64,000 nucleotides of DNA from Octopus sinensis (taxonomy: Eukaryota). The position numbers and the translations under genes are program-made. Shown here piece by piece: positions 25,088-38,562 of this stretch (the stretch's first letter is position 1; each line of letters opens with the position of its first letter). Below the pieces are notes generated by a model. It was not told the origin of the DNA. It saw only the letters and a program-made list of their open reading frames with translations, and did no database searches. The DNA is taken from assembly GCF_006345805.1 (NCBI RefSeq), contig NC_043006.1, positions 20,150,001-20,214,000 of the forward strand, read 5' to 3'.

Positions 25088-25858
25088 GTTGCAGCTGTAG
25101 AAATAAATGTTTTGTTTTGTTTTTCCCTGTGGGATATGATATTAAATTGACTGAAGTGAAAGTTAGGTTTCGGAGGGGAGCAGACTCTGGGTCGTGGGCG
25201 AGTTAATACACAAATGCAAATAATAAAAAAATTGATTTTTCACAGAAAACTATCCTCACGATTGTTTATACCAAAGGAAGGTCGGTATATTCATTCATTC
25301 GGTTGATCCAACTTCGATTTACTACTTACTAATGGTCACGTTTCGGCCCTGGAGGTATGGTGATAAGTTCAAATGGACTTCAAAGTAATACGTGGGCAGG
25401 AAGATGTAGTAATGGGCCAGACTTCATCCATCTCGTCTTTCTTTTAACGTCTGCATCATAGAATTATAGCAGAAGCAGTGCTGTGGGACATATTGACAAA
25501 ATATTACTTTTTCTCAAAGACACGAGGTATAAATGGAATAGGAACCGGCTGACGAGATTCCTTATATTTTATTACCATCTGACGCCTGTTCTAATCTACA
25601 TAAGACCCTAATGCTTCTCTGTCTATATAATCTAGCCTTCCTGCTTTTTTTGCCAGTTTGCTACATTCGTTTGGTTGGTAGGTGTACCTAGATTACTTTC
25701 CGGACTGTAAATGAAATGAAATTCATCAGTATTTGAGATTTCTTCAGTGTGATGTGTAAAAAAATATTAGTAAATATTAATGAAAAGTTGTTGCATCATT
25801 CAAAGTCATCATGCGATGTCTTTGAAGGATTAATTGCATATATACACACACACTCTCG

Positions 25859-25914
<56 letters not shown>

Positions 25915-25951
25915 CGTGTGTATGTACACAAACACATTATCATCGTCACTA

Positions 25952-25993
<42 letters not shown>

Positions 25994-26290
25994 AGATAAG
26001 AAAATGGAGAAATACATCTAAATCAAATATCAATTACCAGATAATACTCAATCACATACTTTATTAAACCACCACATGGAGGGTTGCATTTACAACCCCT
26101 ATCTCAATTTGTATATATATATATATATATATACATATAGGTAAACAGTAAAAATAAATACAGACATGGACAAGAACATGAAACACCACAGAGACGACAC
26201 AAGAACCACAGGACGGGACATTCGAAGCCCTCAGTCATCAGTCAAGAACCAGATCATCTTAGCAATTTCGGCTGATTAATCTTAATATAC

Positions 26291-26330
<40 letters not shown>

Positions 26331-27292
26331 TTAACATTCATGACCAAATTGTAACCTCTTACTAAATATATATTTTACTTCATCCTGTGGTGTTCAAACC
26401 ACCATAGTGTGATATGGATGACCTTTTTAATGGGTTTTTATTGCTGACACACAGCGTGGTTAGCTTGTTTCTTCTTCGTCTCATTTTAGGCTTACAAGTG
26501 GACACTAGCGAAGTACTCCTTCCATCAGCCCTTCCTGTGGTGGGTCTAAATTGTCTACTGTTTCATTAAACTATTTGTGACATTGACGCCTTTTCATAAG
26601 AAAGAAGGAAAAACGAAAGCAATGTCTTCGCTGCTATGAGATGGTGGGAACGTAATTCTGCGTAGTCACTTTTATAATAGCTATTTCCACATTGTGTGTA
26701 TGTGTATATATATACCTTCATTCATATATATGTATGCATAAACACACATACTTACTGTTGACCATTATAGATACACGGAATGCTGAGACAGGTTCTTGAA
26801 GTTGTTACTCAGCTGATAAAAGGGGTGATATAACCAAAAATTCCCCTCAGATTTATCTATTTCGAAATGATTTTTGAAAAATAACCAGACATTCTCATTA
26901 ACTCTGGTTGGCTATCGAAATGTAGGAACTATATTTTGTCTCAATTTAACTAACCTTTAACTGTCTTTCCTCTCACATCTTGTGACGACAGTTTGTCTCT
27001 TCGTCCATAAACTTTACAATCGGACTACATACCTACACACACACACACACACACTGGAATGATTGATAGTGGGCCTCGAAATTTCTCCTCCTTTGACTTT
27101 AGATTGTAAAAAATAAATGTGAAAAAATCTATGTGGATGGTTTTTTATTTGCTGTTTGAGGTTATATATATATATGTCTCACGGGCAGCCCTCCGATTTT
27201 TTTCTTCTGTCCAAAGGGTTTTTTAACCCAATATTCACATTGTTGTTTATGCTTCGAGATAAATTGTTTAAAAAGAAAAGAAAAGAATTATT

Positions 27293-27382
<90 letters not shown>

Positions 27383-27553
27383 CATATATATATGTAACTA
27401 CGCACAAAAACAAGTACACATACACAAACATGGGTATGATTAATTTCTTTCTATTCCCGGGCTAATATTTTGAGATATGGGAGTAACATTGAAGTGCTTT
27501 TCGGCTTACTAAAAACTTTGAAGGTATGTGTATGTAATTATATATATATATAT

Positions 27554-27605
<52 letters not shown>

Positions 27606-28464
27606 TATGCACTCACGTTAGATATTGCACACGGAACCATCCAGAAATGAAACGAAATTAGAAAAAAGAGTGTTTCCGTGTTTTAAATTAACTGAATTCT
27701 TTCTTAAATGTTTATATATATATACATATATACACATGATGTTTTTATAAGTACTTTTTAAATATTTAATTAGCTCACTACTTTACGATTACACACCTAC
27801 CTACTGCACACATACATACAACCGTGTGTGTATATGATACATACATATACACATATATGTATGTATATATATATATCATTGCTCATACACTTACACACGT
27901 ACACGTTGTGTATACATGTAATTAACGTCCTGTTTAATAGGTTTACACACCAACTTTACACTTGAGTGATATGTCTTATATATGATTGTTCCCTCGGCTT
28001 TTATCTCGTCCTTCCTGTCATTTCAATCAGGGTTGAAATAGTTGTTACTTTCTCTTAATCAAGAACCTGTCTCTACCGTCTCTCTCTCTATCATAGTTGA
28101 ACTTTTTTGTCCTCTTTATTATCTTTAAGTCTGTATGTTACTCTTGGTTGATATGGAGAGAGAGAGAGAGAGGCAAATAGAGAAAGAACACCCATACCAA
28201 CAAGTTTTTTCTCTGTATTCATCTCTGTTTAAGATATGCGACCGTTCGACCTCAAACTGGGTCACCATTTGCTCTCTCCTGTTAAAAATTTCTGGTGTTG
28301 CTAACTTAGGAATTAAAGTTCTTTTTTTTAAATCCATAATTGTTCAATCTAATTATTAAAAAAAAAAAAATGCTTATAAATTCTTTCTCTTGAAATCTTT
28401 AGCTTTCGATGGTAACTTGATGGCTTCATTTAAATTTTATATTTGTGTGTGTCAGTGCATGAAT

Positions 28465-28471
28465 ATGTATA

Positions 28472-28516
<45 letters not shown>

Positions 28517-28529
28517 ATATATATGTATG

Positions 28530-28610
<81 letters not shown>

Positions 28611-28618
28611 TATATATG

Positions 28619-28681
<63 letters not shown>

Positions 28682-28751
28682 GTATATATATGTATGTATA
28701 TATGTATATATATGTATGTATATATGTATATATATGTATGTATATATGTAT

Positions 28752-28783
<32 letters not shown>

Positions 28784-29030
28784 GTATATGTATGTATATA
28801 TATATATATATATGTAATATATGTATGTATATATATATATATATATGTATGTATATATGTATATATATATATATATATAGATATGTATATATATATATAT
28901 ATGTATGTATATATGTATATATATATATATATATATAGATATATATATATATATATGTATATATAGATATATATATATATATATAGATACATACATATAT
29001 ATATATAGAGATACATATATATATATATAT

Positions 29031-29061
<31 letters not shown>

Positions 29062-29062
29062 T
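28465..29062. repeat. Compound (TA)n/(TATG)n/(CA)n microsatellite
   Basis: About 600 bp; source of the 120-210-aa YI-rich ORFs. Confidence 0.95.
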
Positions 29063-30352
29063 CTAGAGAACCTTGTCCTTCGTATGAAGTTATTAATTTT
29101 TAAAAAAATTAAGCCATAGAAATATGATTATCATCTAGTCTCCCTAAATATGCTGGTTAACTGAAATTATTGAGATCTTCAAACCGGTTTAATATTCAAT
29201 ATCCACTAAATGAAACGTTTTATTTTTTTCCCTTTTTTTTTCTTTTAGTTTTTCAATGAAATTACATAATTACATATTTAATGGAGTTTTACCAAGTTGA
29301 CATAAACATTTCAATAATTTCTCACTCTATACTATATCTGCTCCGACTTTTACGTCATATTATAAATTCTTAATTATCATTTCCATTGGCATGTTTCCAT
29401 ACTGTGTGAACTCCTAAAGAAGTCGCTCCTGGATATGATTATGTACGTGTGTGGATATATATATATATATGGTCTGTTAAAGGTGTAAAATAAACACGGA
29501 TTACATTTGTACGGACCAGTTTTGTTCAGTCGTCTCTTTTGTCGGTGTGTATGTATGTTATGTAATACCTGTTTACCTTTCACAGAAATAAATACACATA
29601 CATATTTACATATATACGTACATACAGTTGGCCATCTTAATTATTTATTGTTTTATTATTATTATACGTTTTATTTGTGTAGTTTGGCAAATCCAAAAAC
29701 GAAGTGTCTATCTGTACTAGAGGATGTGTTCATTGACATCTGGTAAAAGCTTCTTGGAATTTCTTGGCAATTTTTAGCCAAAATTCAATCTTTTCGTGAG
29801 TCATTTCAAAGGTTTTCAGTGTGTTTTGCAGTCAGACTAGAAATTCCATTGCATTCTAACAATGATCTCGTTTAATAACAATTTAATAATAATTGTTACT
29901 TTACATTCGGTAATAAAGCGGTTATATATTTTGATGATAGATCGCAATTATGATCATCTGTGAGTGTTTTGTTGTATCAAGTCAAGGGTTGAAGGTTTCT
30001 TGGCTAACTTTGGCTTCTATAAAAATGTGATTTCAAGTAAATTCGGCCTTATTGCCTGCCATTGGGTTTTGTACCCCAGTAATTTTGAAGATGGTTTGTT
30101 ACTAGTCTTGGTGCTAATATGTACGACGTACGTCAGTAGATCATTGTTTCATACAGGTAGATGTATGCTATAATAGTTCTACAATAAAGGAAGTTCCATT
30201 GTTCCTGTATCCTTACACTGTCAGTTCCTTGCTGTCCAGATGGATACGTTTCTCAAACTTTTTACTCTTAGGGTATTCTGAAAATACATTCTATGTTATG
30301 GGGAACCCCTTCATAAAAATTATTGCATATACCATATGGGTAACAAGAAGAT

Positions 30353-30741
30353 GGATGGAAGCACTCCGTCGGTTACGACGATGAGGGTTCCGGTTGATCC
30401 GAATCAACGGAACAGCCTGCTCGTGAAATTAACGTGTAAGTGGCTGAGCACTCCACAGACACGTGCACCCTTAACGTAGTTCTCGGGGATATTCAGCGTG
30501 ACACAGAGAGTGACAAGGCCAGCCCTTTGAAATACAGGTACAACAGAAACAGGAAGTAAGAGTGAGAGAAAGTTGTGGTGAAAGAGTACAGCAGGGGTCA
30601 CCACCATCCCCTGCCGGAGCCTCGTGGAGCTTTAGGTGTTTTCGCTCAATAAACACTCACAACGCCCGGTCTGGGAATCGAAACCGCAATCCTATGACCG
30701 CGAGTCCGCTGCCCTAACCACTGGGCCATTGCGCCTCCACA
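30353..30741 (-). mobile_element. SINE family B
   Basis: Full length; TSD TAACAAGAAGAT at 30341-30352 and 30742-30753. Confidence 0.93.
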
Positions 30742-31373
30742 TAACAAGAAGATACAGTTGGGTGGACTTGGTTGAATGGTTGAGGCAAAGTATGTCAGTT
30801 ACTGATTCCATGTTAATTATGTGATGGCTGGTTGTTAATGGTTTCTCTTTCATAAGGTAAAAATTCATCTGATTAAAGAAATTATAAAATTGTCTTTGAA
30901 TGTCGTAAAATTTTCTTTTATAAACTGAAGTTCCCTCCTTTCTAATACCACGTGGGTTTTATTTAAAACTATTTTTATTAATGATGTTAGGTCATTATAA
31001 GCAGCAATTTGAGACAGAAAAGAGAGCAACAGATCCACTCATAGGACTTGTGTTCATTACTTGTTGGTCAACCTTGTCACCAATTACACTTATGAATTGC
31101 AGAAAGAGTCTGTATTCTTGACAGCCTCTACACGGCAGGTAAGATTGGTGTATGGTCGATGTCCTTCTTGAACTACTGGAAGTTGATGTCTGCAAGAAAA
31201 ACATTGTCAAAGCGGGAATTCTGGATGGCTGATGTATTTAAGATAGTAGATTGTACAGTGATTGGTATGGTTTCTGAAAGGGGCAAGTATCATATGGGTA
31301 ACAAGAAGATACAGTTGGGTTGGATAGGCTTGGTTGAATGACAGTGGCCTTTGGAGTAGCATGGCGAAGAAGT

Positions 31374-31607
31374 TGTGTCTCCTGCCACCAGGTTTTGCAC
31401 TAATCATTTCTCCCAGATTTTCCTTTCCAGAATGTCAGTCCTCTGGAATTATCTCCTTGCTCTTGATTCCTGCTGCTGTTGTATTCCAATGGTTTAAGAA
31501 CAATATTAATGGTATCAAACATGGCCTGTAAAAGCCATGGGCACTGCCCTTACTGCCAGATCTAGCAAGTAAAAAGGATATAATTATTCAATTAATTCAT
31601 CCAATTT
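31374..31607. repeat. 234-bp segment almost identical to 50240-50474
   Basis: Three differences seen between the copies. Confidence 0.9.
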
Positions 31608-32482
31608 TTTTTTAGATATGATTAAGGATGTTTGTGTGCAGTTGTGGAATCATTCCTGATGTGGAGGGCAGTATTCTTTTAAGGTAAAGAGTTAACACAA
31701 GTACCAGGAACTTGTTGCTTGTAAGTGTAAGGTTAGGTTTGGGAGGTTATAGTTTTTTTAAACTTTTTTTTTGCTTTGCTATGTTATTGTTATGAGATGT
31801 CATCAGTGATTGTAAGGGCTTAGTATATTTGTAGTGACCTTGAAAGTTTTAATTGCATCTCAACTATGTCTAGGGGTGGTGTAATGCAAGTTTGTCTCCT
31901 TGGTACATGCAGTATGTCTTTGTGTTGATGAAGGAAACAAGATTGATGTGACCTCACTGGAGAATGGTTTCAAGGTCACTGTTCATAGACTGGGCTACCG
32001 GACCCAAGTTTCAAAATCTTTACATACTGATGTATAAAGGTGCAGAGGCGTGGCTGTCTGGTAAGAAGTTTACTTCTCAGCCACATGATTCTGGGTTCAG
32101 TCCCACTGTGTGGCATCTTGGGCAAATGTCTTTTACTGTAGCCATTGACCAGCCAAAACTTGGTGAGTGAATTTATTAGAAACTGAAGGAAGCCTGTTGT
32201 GTATGCATGCATGTGTGTGTGTGTTGTTGTATCCTTGCTTTGACATTACATGATAGTTGTAAACAATAGTCACTGTTATGCAAATGGTGTCCTTCACCAA
32301 ACTTTCATGAAAATACATCTGGTCATGGAGAATATTACCTTATTTGGAAACAGGTGAGGGTTCATGGTAGGCAGGACATCCGGCCCATGTGAGCATGGAA
32401 GAGTGTACATTGAAATGATGAGTATGTATTATGGTTCATTATTTAATGATATCGTATAGAATTCTTACCTTTTAAGTTTTAA

Positions 32483-32880
32483 TCATCATCATCATCATCA
32501 TCGTTTAACGTCCGCTTTCCATGCTAGCATGGGTTGGACGATTTTGACTGTGGGCTGGCGAACCAGATGGCTGCACCAGGCTCCAGTCTTGATTTGGCAG
32601 AGTTTCTACAGCTGGATGCCCTTCCTAATGCCAACCACTCCGAGAGTGTAATGGGTGCTTTTTACATGCCTCCGGCACGGGGGCCAGTCAGGCGGTACTG
32701 GCAACAATCTAGCTCAAATCCTTTTACACATGCCACCAGCACAGGTGCCAGTAAGGCGACGTTCGTAACGACCACGCTCGAATGGTGCCCTTTTACGTGC
32801 CACTGGCATGGAAGCCAGTTGGTTGCTCTGGAAACGATCACGCTTGGATGGTGCTCTTGGCACCCTACTAGCATGGGCAC
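32483..32880 (-). mobile_element. Family C retroposon, divergent subfamily
   Basis: (CAT)n tail and core with different upstream units. Confidence 0.85.
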
Positions 32881-33337
32881 AAGTGTATCAAGAATTTCAT
32901 TCTCTTATTCCTGTCTCATTTTTGTCGATGCTTGGGTCATGCATCACCCCGGCTTTACTAATCAGCAAACGTTTTCAATTTTTAGTCTCAAAATTGAAGA
33001 TAGATCCACTTTCATCCTATTTCCTAGTTTAGCTTTTGTTATGCTTACTCTTGGAAACACTTTAGAGTGCTGCATTACTTCATGACTAGCTGTGACTGAT
33101 CAGTAAATATCCTGGCATATCTGATTATCCAAATTTATCAGTTACCTTTGTCTTTTGAAGGTTTTTAATATTTCTAAGTGTACAGTGCAACGGCTCTTTA
33201 TATATGCATCTCAAAGCTTAAACACCATATTTGTATTGCATTTTCCTTGATTTTTCACAAGTGGGGTACCAGGCATCACAGAGGGGACAACACAGGACTG
33301 AGACCCCTGGTGGTTTGCTGTGCTTGAAAAGACACAT

Positions 33338-34040
33338 CATCATCATCCTTTAACGTTCGTTTTCCATGCTAGCATGGGTTGGACAGTTCGACCGGGGTCT
33401 GGGAAGCCAGGAGGCTGCACCAGGCTTCAGTCTGATCTAGCAGTGTTTCTACTACAGCCTGATGCCCTTCCTAATGCCAACCAGCTGTAGAAACACTGCC
33501 AGATCAGACAGGAGCCTAGTGCAGCCTCCTGGCTTCCCAGACCCTGGTTGAACCGTCATAAAAATCATGGTTGCCCTATGCATACAGTCGTATCCCCTAC
33601 ATCCCTCTTCAGCCAAGTGATACTAATTTTGTTGACTCATGGGTGCTGGTGCCACATAAAATCACAACCCATGCCAGCATGGAGAACAGATATTAAATCA
33701 TCATCATCGTTCAACGTCCATTCTCCATGCTAGCATGGGTTGGACGGTTCGACCGGGGATCTGGGAAGCCAGAAGGCTGCACCAGGCTCCAGTTTGATCT
33801 GGCAGTGTTTCTACAGCTGGATGCCCTTCCTAACGCCAACCACTCCGTGAGTGTAGTGGGTGCTTTTTACGTGCCACCTGCACAGGTGCCATGCGAGGCT
33901 GGCAACAGCCATGATCGGATAGGTGCATTTTACGTGCCACCGGCACGGAAGCCAGTCAAGGCGGGGCTGGCATCAGCCACAATTCGGATGGTGCTTTTTA
34001 CATGCCACCGGCACGGAAGCCAGTCAAGGCAGCGCTGGAT
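33338..34040. mobile_element. Cluster of family C pieces: minus 33338-33480, plus 33482-33558, minus 33698-34040
   Basis: Core sequence present in alternating orientation. Confidence 0.85.
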
Positions 34041-34847
34041 GTTTCATATAATGAAGATGCAAACCTGTAATTATAGACAATGCATTTAGAACAGCAATTG
34101 TTTTTCAAATTCACTCAGCACAAGCTTTGTTAGCCTTTTTGCTACCATATTTCTGTTGAAATACATTGCTTTTATTTCATTTAATTTTGAAAATACTGAA
34201 GAATTAAGTAAAGTAATTTTGTTATTAAGCTGGTAATAAGAACATGAATTAACATGAAATTTTTGTCATAGAATTAGGGTTGGTGATAAAAAGGTTCATT
34301 TGTTGCCTCGGAAAACCTGTAATTTTCTTGCAGCTAAAAGCTGCCCTTTGAAAATATAATGCATTCAATTGGCTAAGAATTCTTTTTCACATAGTTAATT
34401 CTCACTAGCCATCTTGTGGCTGAAACGGGAATTGTTTTTGCTGGTTTCTTGCCATTATTGATTATTTTGTATAATTCCATGCAAGAGACTCTTTGCACAA
34501 TGCTGATCTGTGGAGCCAGTTTCCTTTAGCAGCATGAGAACATGCTAAATAGAGAGTGTGGTTTTTGTATTTCATAGAATCAAGTTTGAATTCTTTAATT
34601 AATGTGTAAAGATAATTATTAATGCCACCAGGGTTCGAAGCTCTATCAGTTGCATCAACAAATCAAAATGAATTTCCACATTACTTAAGAAAACCTTTTC
34701 TTGATTTCATGCTCCACTTCAGTAGATTTTTATAACTGGAAATGATGCATAGCAACCAAAAATCCTTCAATTCACACTGAAGGGATATAACCAGTCTTTG
34801 CGACTGGTTGTGGAAGGCATTCATACCAGCTTTAATTTCTTAATACC

Positions 34848-35100
34848 TAATTCTTTACTACCCACAAAGGGCTAAACACAGAGAGGACAAACAAGGACAG
34901 ACAAATGGATTAAGTCGATTAGATCGACCCCAGTGCATAACTGGTACTTATTTAATCGACCCCGAAAGCATGAAAGGCAAAGTCGACCTCGGCGGAATTT
35001 GAACTCAGAACGTAGAAACAGGCGAAATATGGCTAAGCATTTCGCCCGGCGTGCTAACGTTTCAGCCAGCTCGCCACCTTCAGCATTTCGCCCGGCGCGC
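34848..35100 (-). mobile_element. SINE family D
   Basis: 15-bp TSD TAATTTCTTAATACC at 34833-34847 and 35101-35115. Confidence 0.92.
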
Positions 35101-35268
35101 TAATTTCTTAATACCAGTGACACAATTGGCAAAGATTACCCTTAAAGGTAATTCACACCTAGATTGTCATCCCATAACGTGTGCAGATGTACTGAAAAAT
35201 TTAATGTTTTAAATGAATTTTAAAGAATACTGAAATATTTTATAACGAAGAAAATTTATAGAAATATA

Positions 35269-35437
35269 ACAGGAGCGGCTGTGTGGTAAGTAGCTTGCTT
35301 ACGAACTACATGGTTTCGGGTTCAGTCTCACTACGTGGCACCTTGGGCAAGTGTGTCTTCTACTATAGCCTCGGGCCGACCAAAGCCTTGTGAGTGGATT
35401 TGGTAGACGGAAACTGAAAGAAGCCCGTCGTATATAT

Positions 35438-35468
<31 letters not shown>

Positions 35469-35665
35469 GGTGTATATGTTTGTGTGTCTGTGTTTGTCCC
35501 CCCCCCCCCAACATTGCTTGACAACCGATGCTGGTGTGTTTACGTCCCTGTAACTTTGCGGTTCGGCAAAAGAGACCGATAGAATAAGTACTGGGGGCGA
35601 TTTGCTCGACTAAAGGCGGTGCTCCAGCATGGCCACTGTCACGTGACTGAAACAAGTAAAAGAGT
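35269..35665 (+). mobile_element. SINE family A
   Basis: Near full-length copy. Confidence 0.9.
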
Positions 35666-36082
35666 ATGTAATGAATGCCTGAACACTTCAGTTCAGAACC
35701 TGTTATATAATTGGTAGTGTTATAGGAGTAATTGTTTGATAAAATCAGCAATGAATTTCACTGAGAAATAAATCAGTAAATTTTCCGCTTCACTTTTTTT
35801 TAACTGCAAAAGTAAATTATTATACCAAGCCATCTAATTCCATAGTAATTTCTAGTACCTCTGTTCTTTGTTTTTCCAAGATGGTGTATTTGTAATACAA
35901 CAAATCAAAGTATGTAAGAACACGGCGAGGCTGATTTCATTTAATTTCGCTGTGAGTTTTATTGATTGACTAAAATATTAATAGAAATTAAAATTGAAAA
36001 GTGGTAGACTGTAGGGTCTCTCCTTTAAAAAAAAAAAAAAAAGCCAATAGTCTAAATTTAAAGAAGAAATTCTGAAAATATA

Positions 36083-36306
36083 TTAACTCTTTAGCATTCA
36101 CTTTACTTTGTCAAATGTAAAGCTTATTCACATTTTAAATTAATCTTGCATTATCTAATAGCTTCAAGATTTTGATGATGTGCTTGTTTCTTTTTTAGGA
36201 TGACATTGTAGGGTAGATGTGAGAGACCAGATCATGATAGTCTGAACATAAAACAGACACAATATATTCAGGCTGGATTTGGCTGCTTTAAATGCTAAAA
36301 GATTAA
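36083..36306. mobile_element. piggyBac-type MITE (family E), degenerate
   Basis: TTAACTCTTTAGCA...TGCTAAAAGATTAA. Confidence 0.72.
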
Positions 36307-36484
36307 TATCCACCACTTGGAGGTAGTTCAGGTTTGGTGTAAAGTATCTTGGTTGTATGTGGAAGATGAGGGAAGAATGAAGAGCAGCAATGTCCACATA
36401 GGAGTGGATATTGTTGTTGTTGGTGGTGACGTTCATTTTATTAATGTACAAGGAGAAGAATGTGTCCACCAAATTTGGGACACA

Positions 36485-36873
36485 TAGGCGCAGGAGTGGC
36501 TGTGTGGTAAGTAGCTTGCTTACCAACCACATGGATCGGGGTTCAGTCCCACTGCGTGACACCTTGGGCAAATGTCTTCTACTATAGCCTCGGGCCGACC
36601 AAAGCCTTGTGAGTGGATTTGGTAGACGGAAACTGAAAGAAGCCCGTCATATATATGTGTGTGTTTGTGTGTCTGTGTTTGTCCCCCTAGCATTGCTTGA
36701 CAACCGATGCTGGTGTGTTTATGTCCCCGTCACTTAGCGGTTTGGCAAAAGAGACCGATAGAATAAGTACTGGGCTTACAAAGAATAAGTGCCGGGGTTG
36801 AGTTGCTCGACTAAAGGCGGTGCTCCAGCATGGCCGCAGTCAAATGACTGAAACAAGTAAAAGAGTAAAGAGT
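36485..36873 (+). mobile_element. SINE family A
   Basis: Full-length copy nested in the LINE remnant. Confidence 0.9.
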
Positions 36874-37414
36874 ATCAGAGTTGATAGTGTGAATCTACAG
36901 AGGTGTAATCAGACAGAAAAATAACCAATCTGAGAAGTGAGAGACAAAAGTAACTCATGAGCAGGTTGTTTGGCTTTAGAATTGGCATGACAAATATGGC
37001 CAGGTGTTTTGCTAATGTAAAGCACATGAACATTATTTTCCCCCAAAAATTACTTAAGGACATGAGCTCACTGATGAGCGTTAAAGGCAGAGTTAAGTCT
37101 CCTGTAGATCTGGTTTGTGGAAGCTGTATATGCAGTGGTTAATGAGGAAGTAGGGTTGAAAGTGTTGGAGATGGTTCACCTTAACATGCTTCCAAAAATT
37201 GGGACAGATGTTTGTAGAGATTGATTGGCAGGTTTGGTGAAGATGAGGGATAGCTTTGGGGTACATTGTTTGAAGGTAAAGGGCCTTGTCAGCGCTAGTG
37301 GCCTTGTTGAAAGTGCTTTGACATTTTACTAGCAGTGGAGAATAGGAAGAGTATCAGTGGAGTCTTAACTAATATAAAGTCAGAAGTAGTATGGAAAGTG
37401 AATGCTTTCTGAAC

Positions 37415-37665
37415 CATCATCATTTAGCGTCCGCTTTCCATGCTAGCATGGGTTGGACGGTTCAACTGGGGTCTGTGAAGCCGGAAGGCCGCATCAGGCC
37501 CAGTCTGATCTGGCAGTGTTTCTACGGCTGGATGCCCTTCCTAACGCCAACCACTCCGTGAGTGTAGTGGGTGCTTTTTACGTGCCAGACGGAGCTGGCA
37601 AACGGCCACGAACGGATGGTGCCTTTACGTGCCACCGGCATGGGTGCTAGGCGAGGCTGGCGAGA
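37415..37665 (-). mobile_element. Family C retroposon
   Basis: Tail, core and one to two units. Confidence 0.88.
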
Positions 37666-37936
37666 AATGAAAAGTAGGGCATGCCACAAAGTTGGTAAAG
37701 ATCAGTTGTAGTTTGGGAGGCAAGAAAGCTTGTGGACATGCAATATACAAAGACAGATTTTGCAGTGTGGTGATGGGTAAAAGACAGTTGTAGGAGCAGA
37801 TGATTTATTTCTAAGCAATGTAGACTGTATCATTAACCTGAACTGCTGTAGTGTTACTTCTGAATGACCCACTTAGGATGTGGAGGAACATAATTGAAAA
37901 GAAGCTTTCAGTCACCTATTTAACTGATGTCTCAGG

Positions 37937-38562
37937 CAGGGCTGTGAGTCAAAACAAAAAAACTTCAACTCCGACTCCTTTTTATGTAATTGATTGTGGT
38001 CTACATATCTCATAAAGCATATGCATACACTTGTACTTTGAGTAGGCCTTTATGTTATAACTGGTTTATATTAAAGAATAGCGGAGGCGCAATGGCCCAG
38101 TGGTTAGGGCAGCGGACTCGCGGTCATAGGATCGCGGTTTCTATTCCCAGACCGGGCGTTGTGAGTGTTTATTGAGCGAAAAAACCTAAAGCTCCACGAG
38201 GCTCCGGCAGGGGATGGTGGTGATCCCTGCTGTACTCTTTCACCACAACTTTCTCTCACTCTTACTTCCTGTTTCTGTTGTACCTGTATTTCAAAGGGCT
38301 GGCCTTGTCACGCTGAATATCCCCGAGAACTACGTTAAGAGTACACGTATCTGTGGAGTGCTCAGCCACTTACACGTTAATTTCACGAGCAGGCTGTTCC
38401 GTTGATTCGGATCAACCGGAACCCTCATCGTCGTAACCGACGGAGTGCTTCCAAATTAAAGAATAAAGATATTGTGAGTTGGTATAGTTTTATCAACTCC
38501 AACTCCCTCTTAATTGTTTCTGACTTTGACTCCGACTCCATGACTCTAACTCCACAGCCCTG
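37937..38562. mobile_element. hAT-superfamily MITE containing a family B SINE
   Basis: TIRs CAGGGCTGTG(G)AGT and ACTCCACAGCCCTG, subterminal GACTCC repeats, 8-bp TSD GTCTCAGG/GTATCAGG (7 of 8 match). Confidence 0.85.
38081..38454 (+). mobile_element. SINE family B
   Basis: TSD ATTAAAGAATA at 38070-38080 and 38455-38465. Confidence 0.92.

Larger units (their letters stand above)
29700..31950 (-). mobile_element. Probable decayed non-LTR retrotransposon ORF2 remnant
   Basis: Broken coding-like sequence with weak RT-like phrases only; CATATGGGTAACAAGAAGATACAGTTGGGT occurs at the SINE-split site 30334/30742 and again at 31291. No intact catalytic motif seen. Confidence 0.35.

Noticed and set aside
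26160-26285. CTGATGA and GAAA on the minus strand of a microsatellite-embedded repeat
   Set aside because: Stem II and stem I pairings do not fit any hammerhead topology.
28390-29062. YIYI/MYVC-rich ORFs here and near 4767-6400, 21000-21550, 23700, 25750-26030 and 27150-27660
   Set aside because: Translations of (TA)n/(TG)n microsatellites.
35881-35913. Short AG/GT-bounded segment (DGVFVIQQIK)
   Set aside because: Too short to assign and expected by chance in 40 kb of AT-rich intron.
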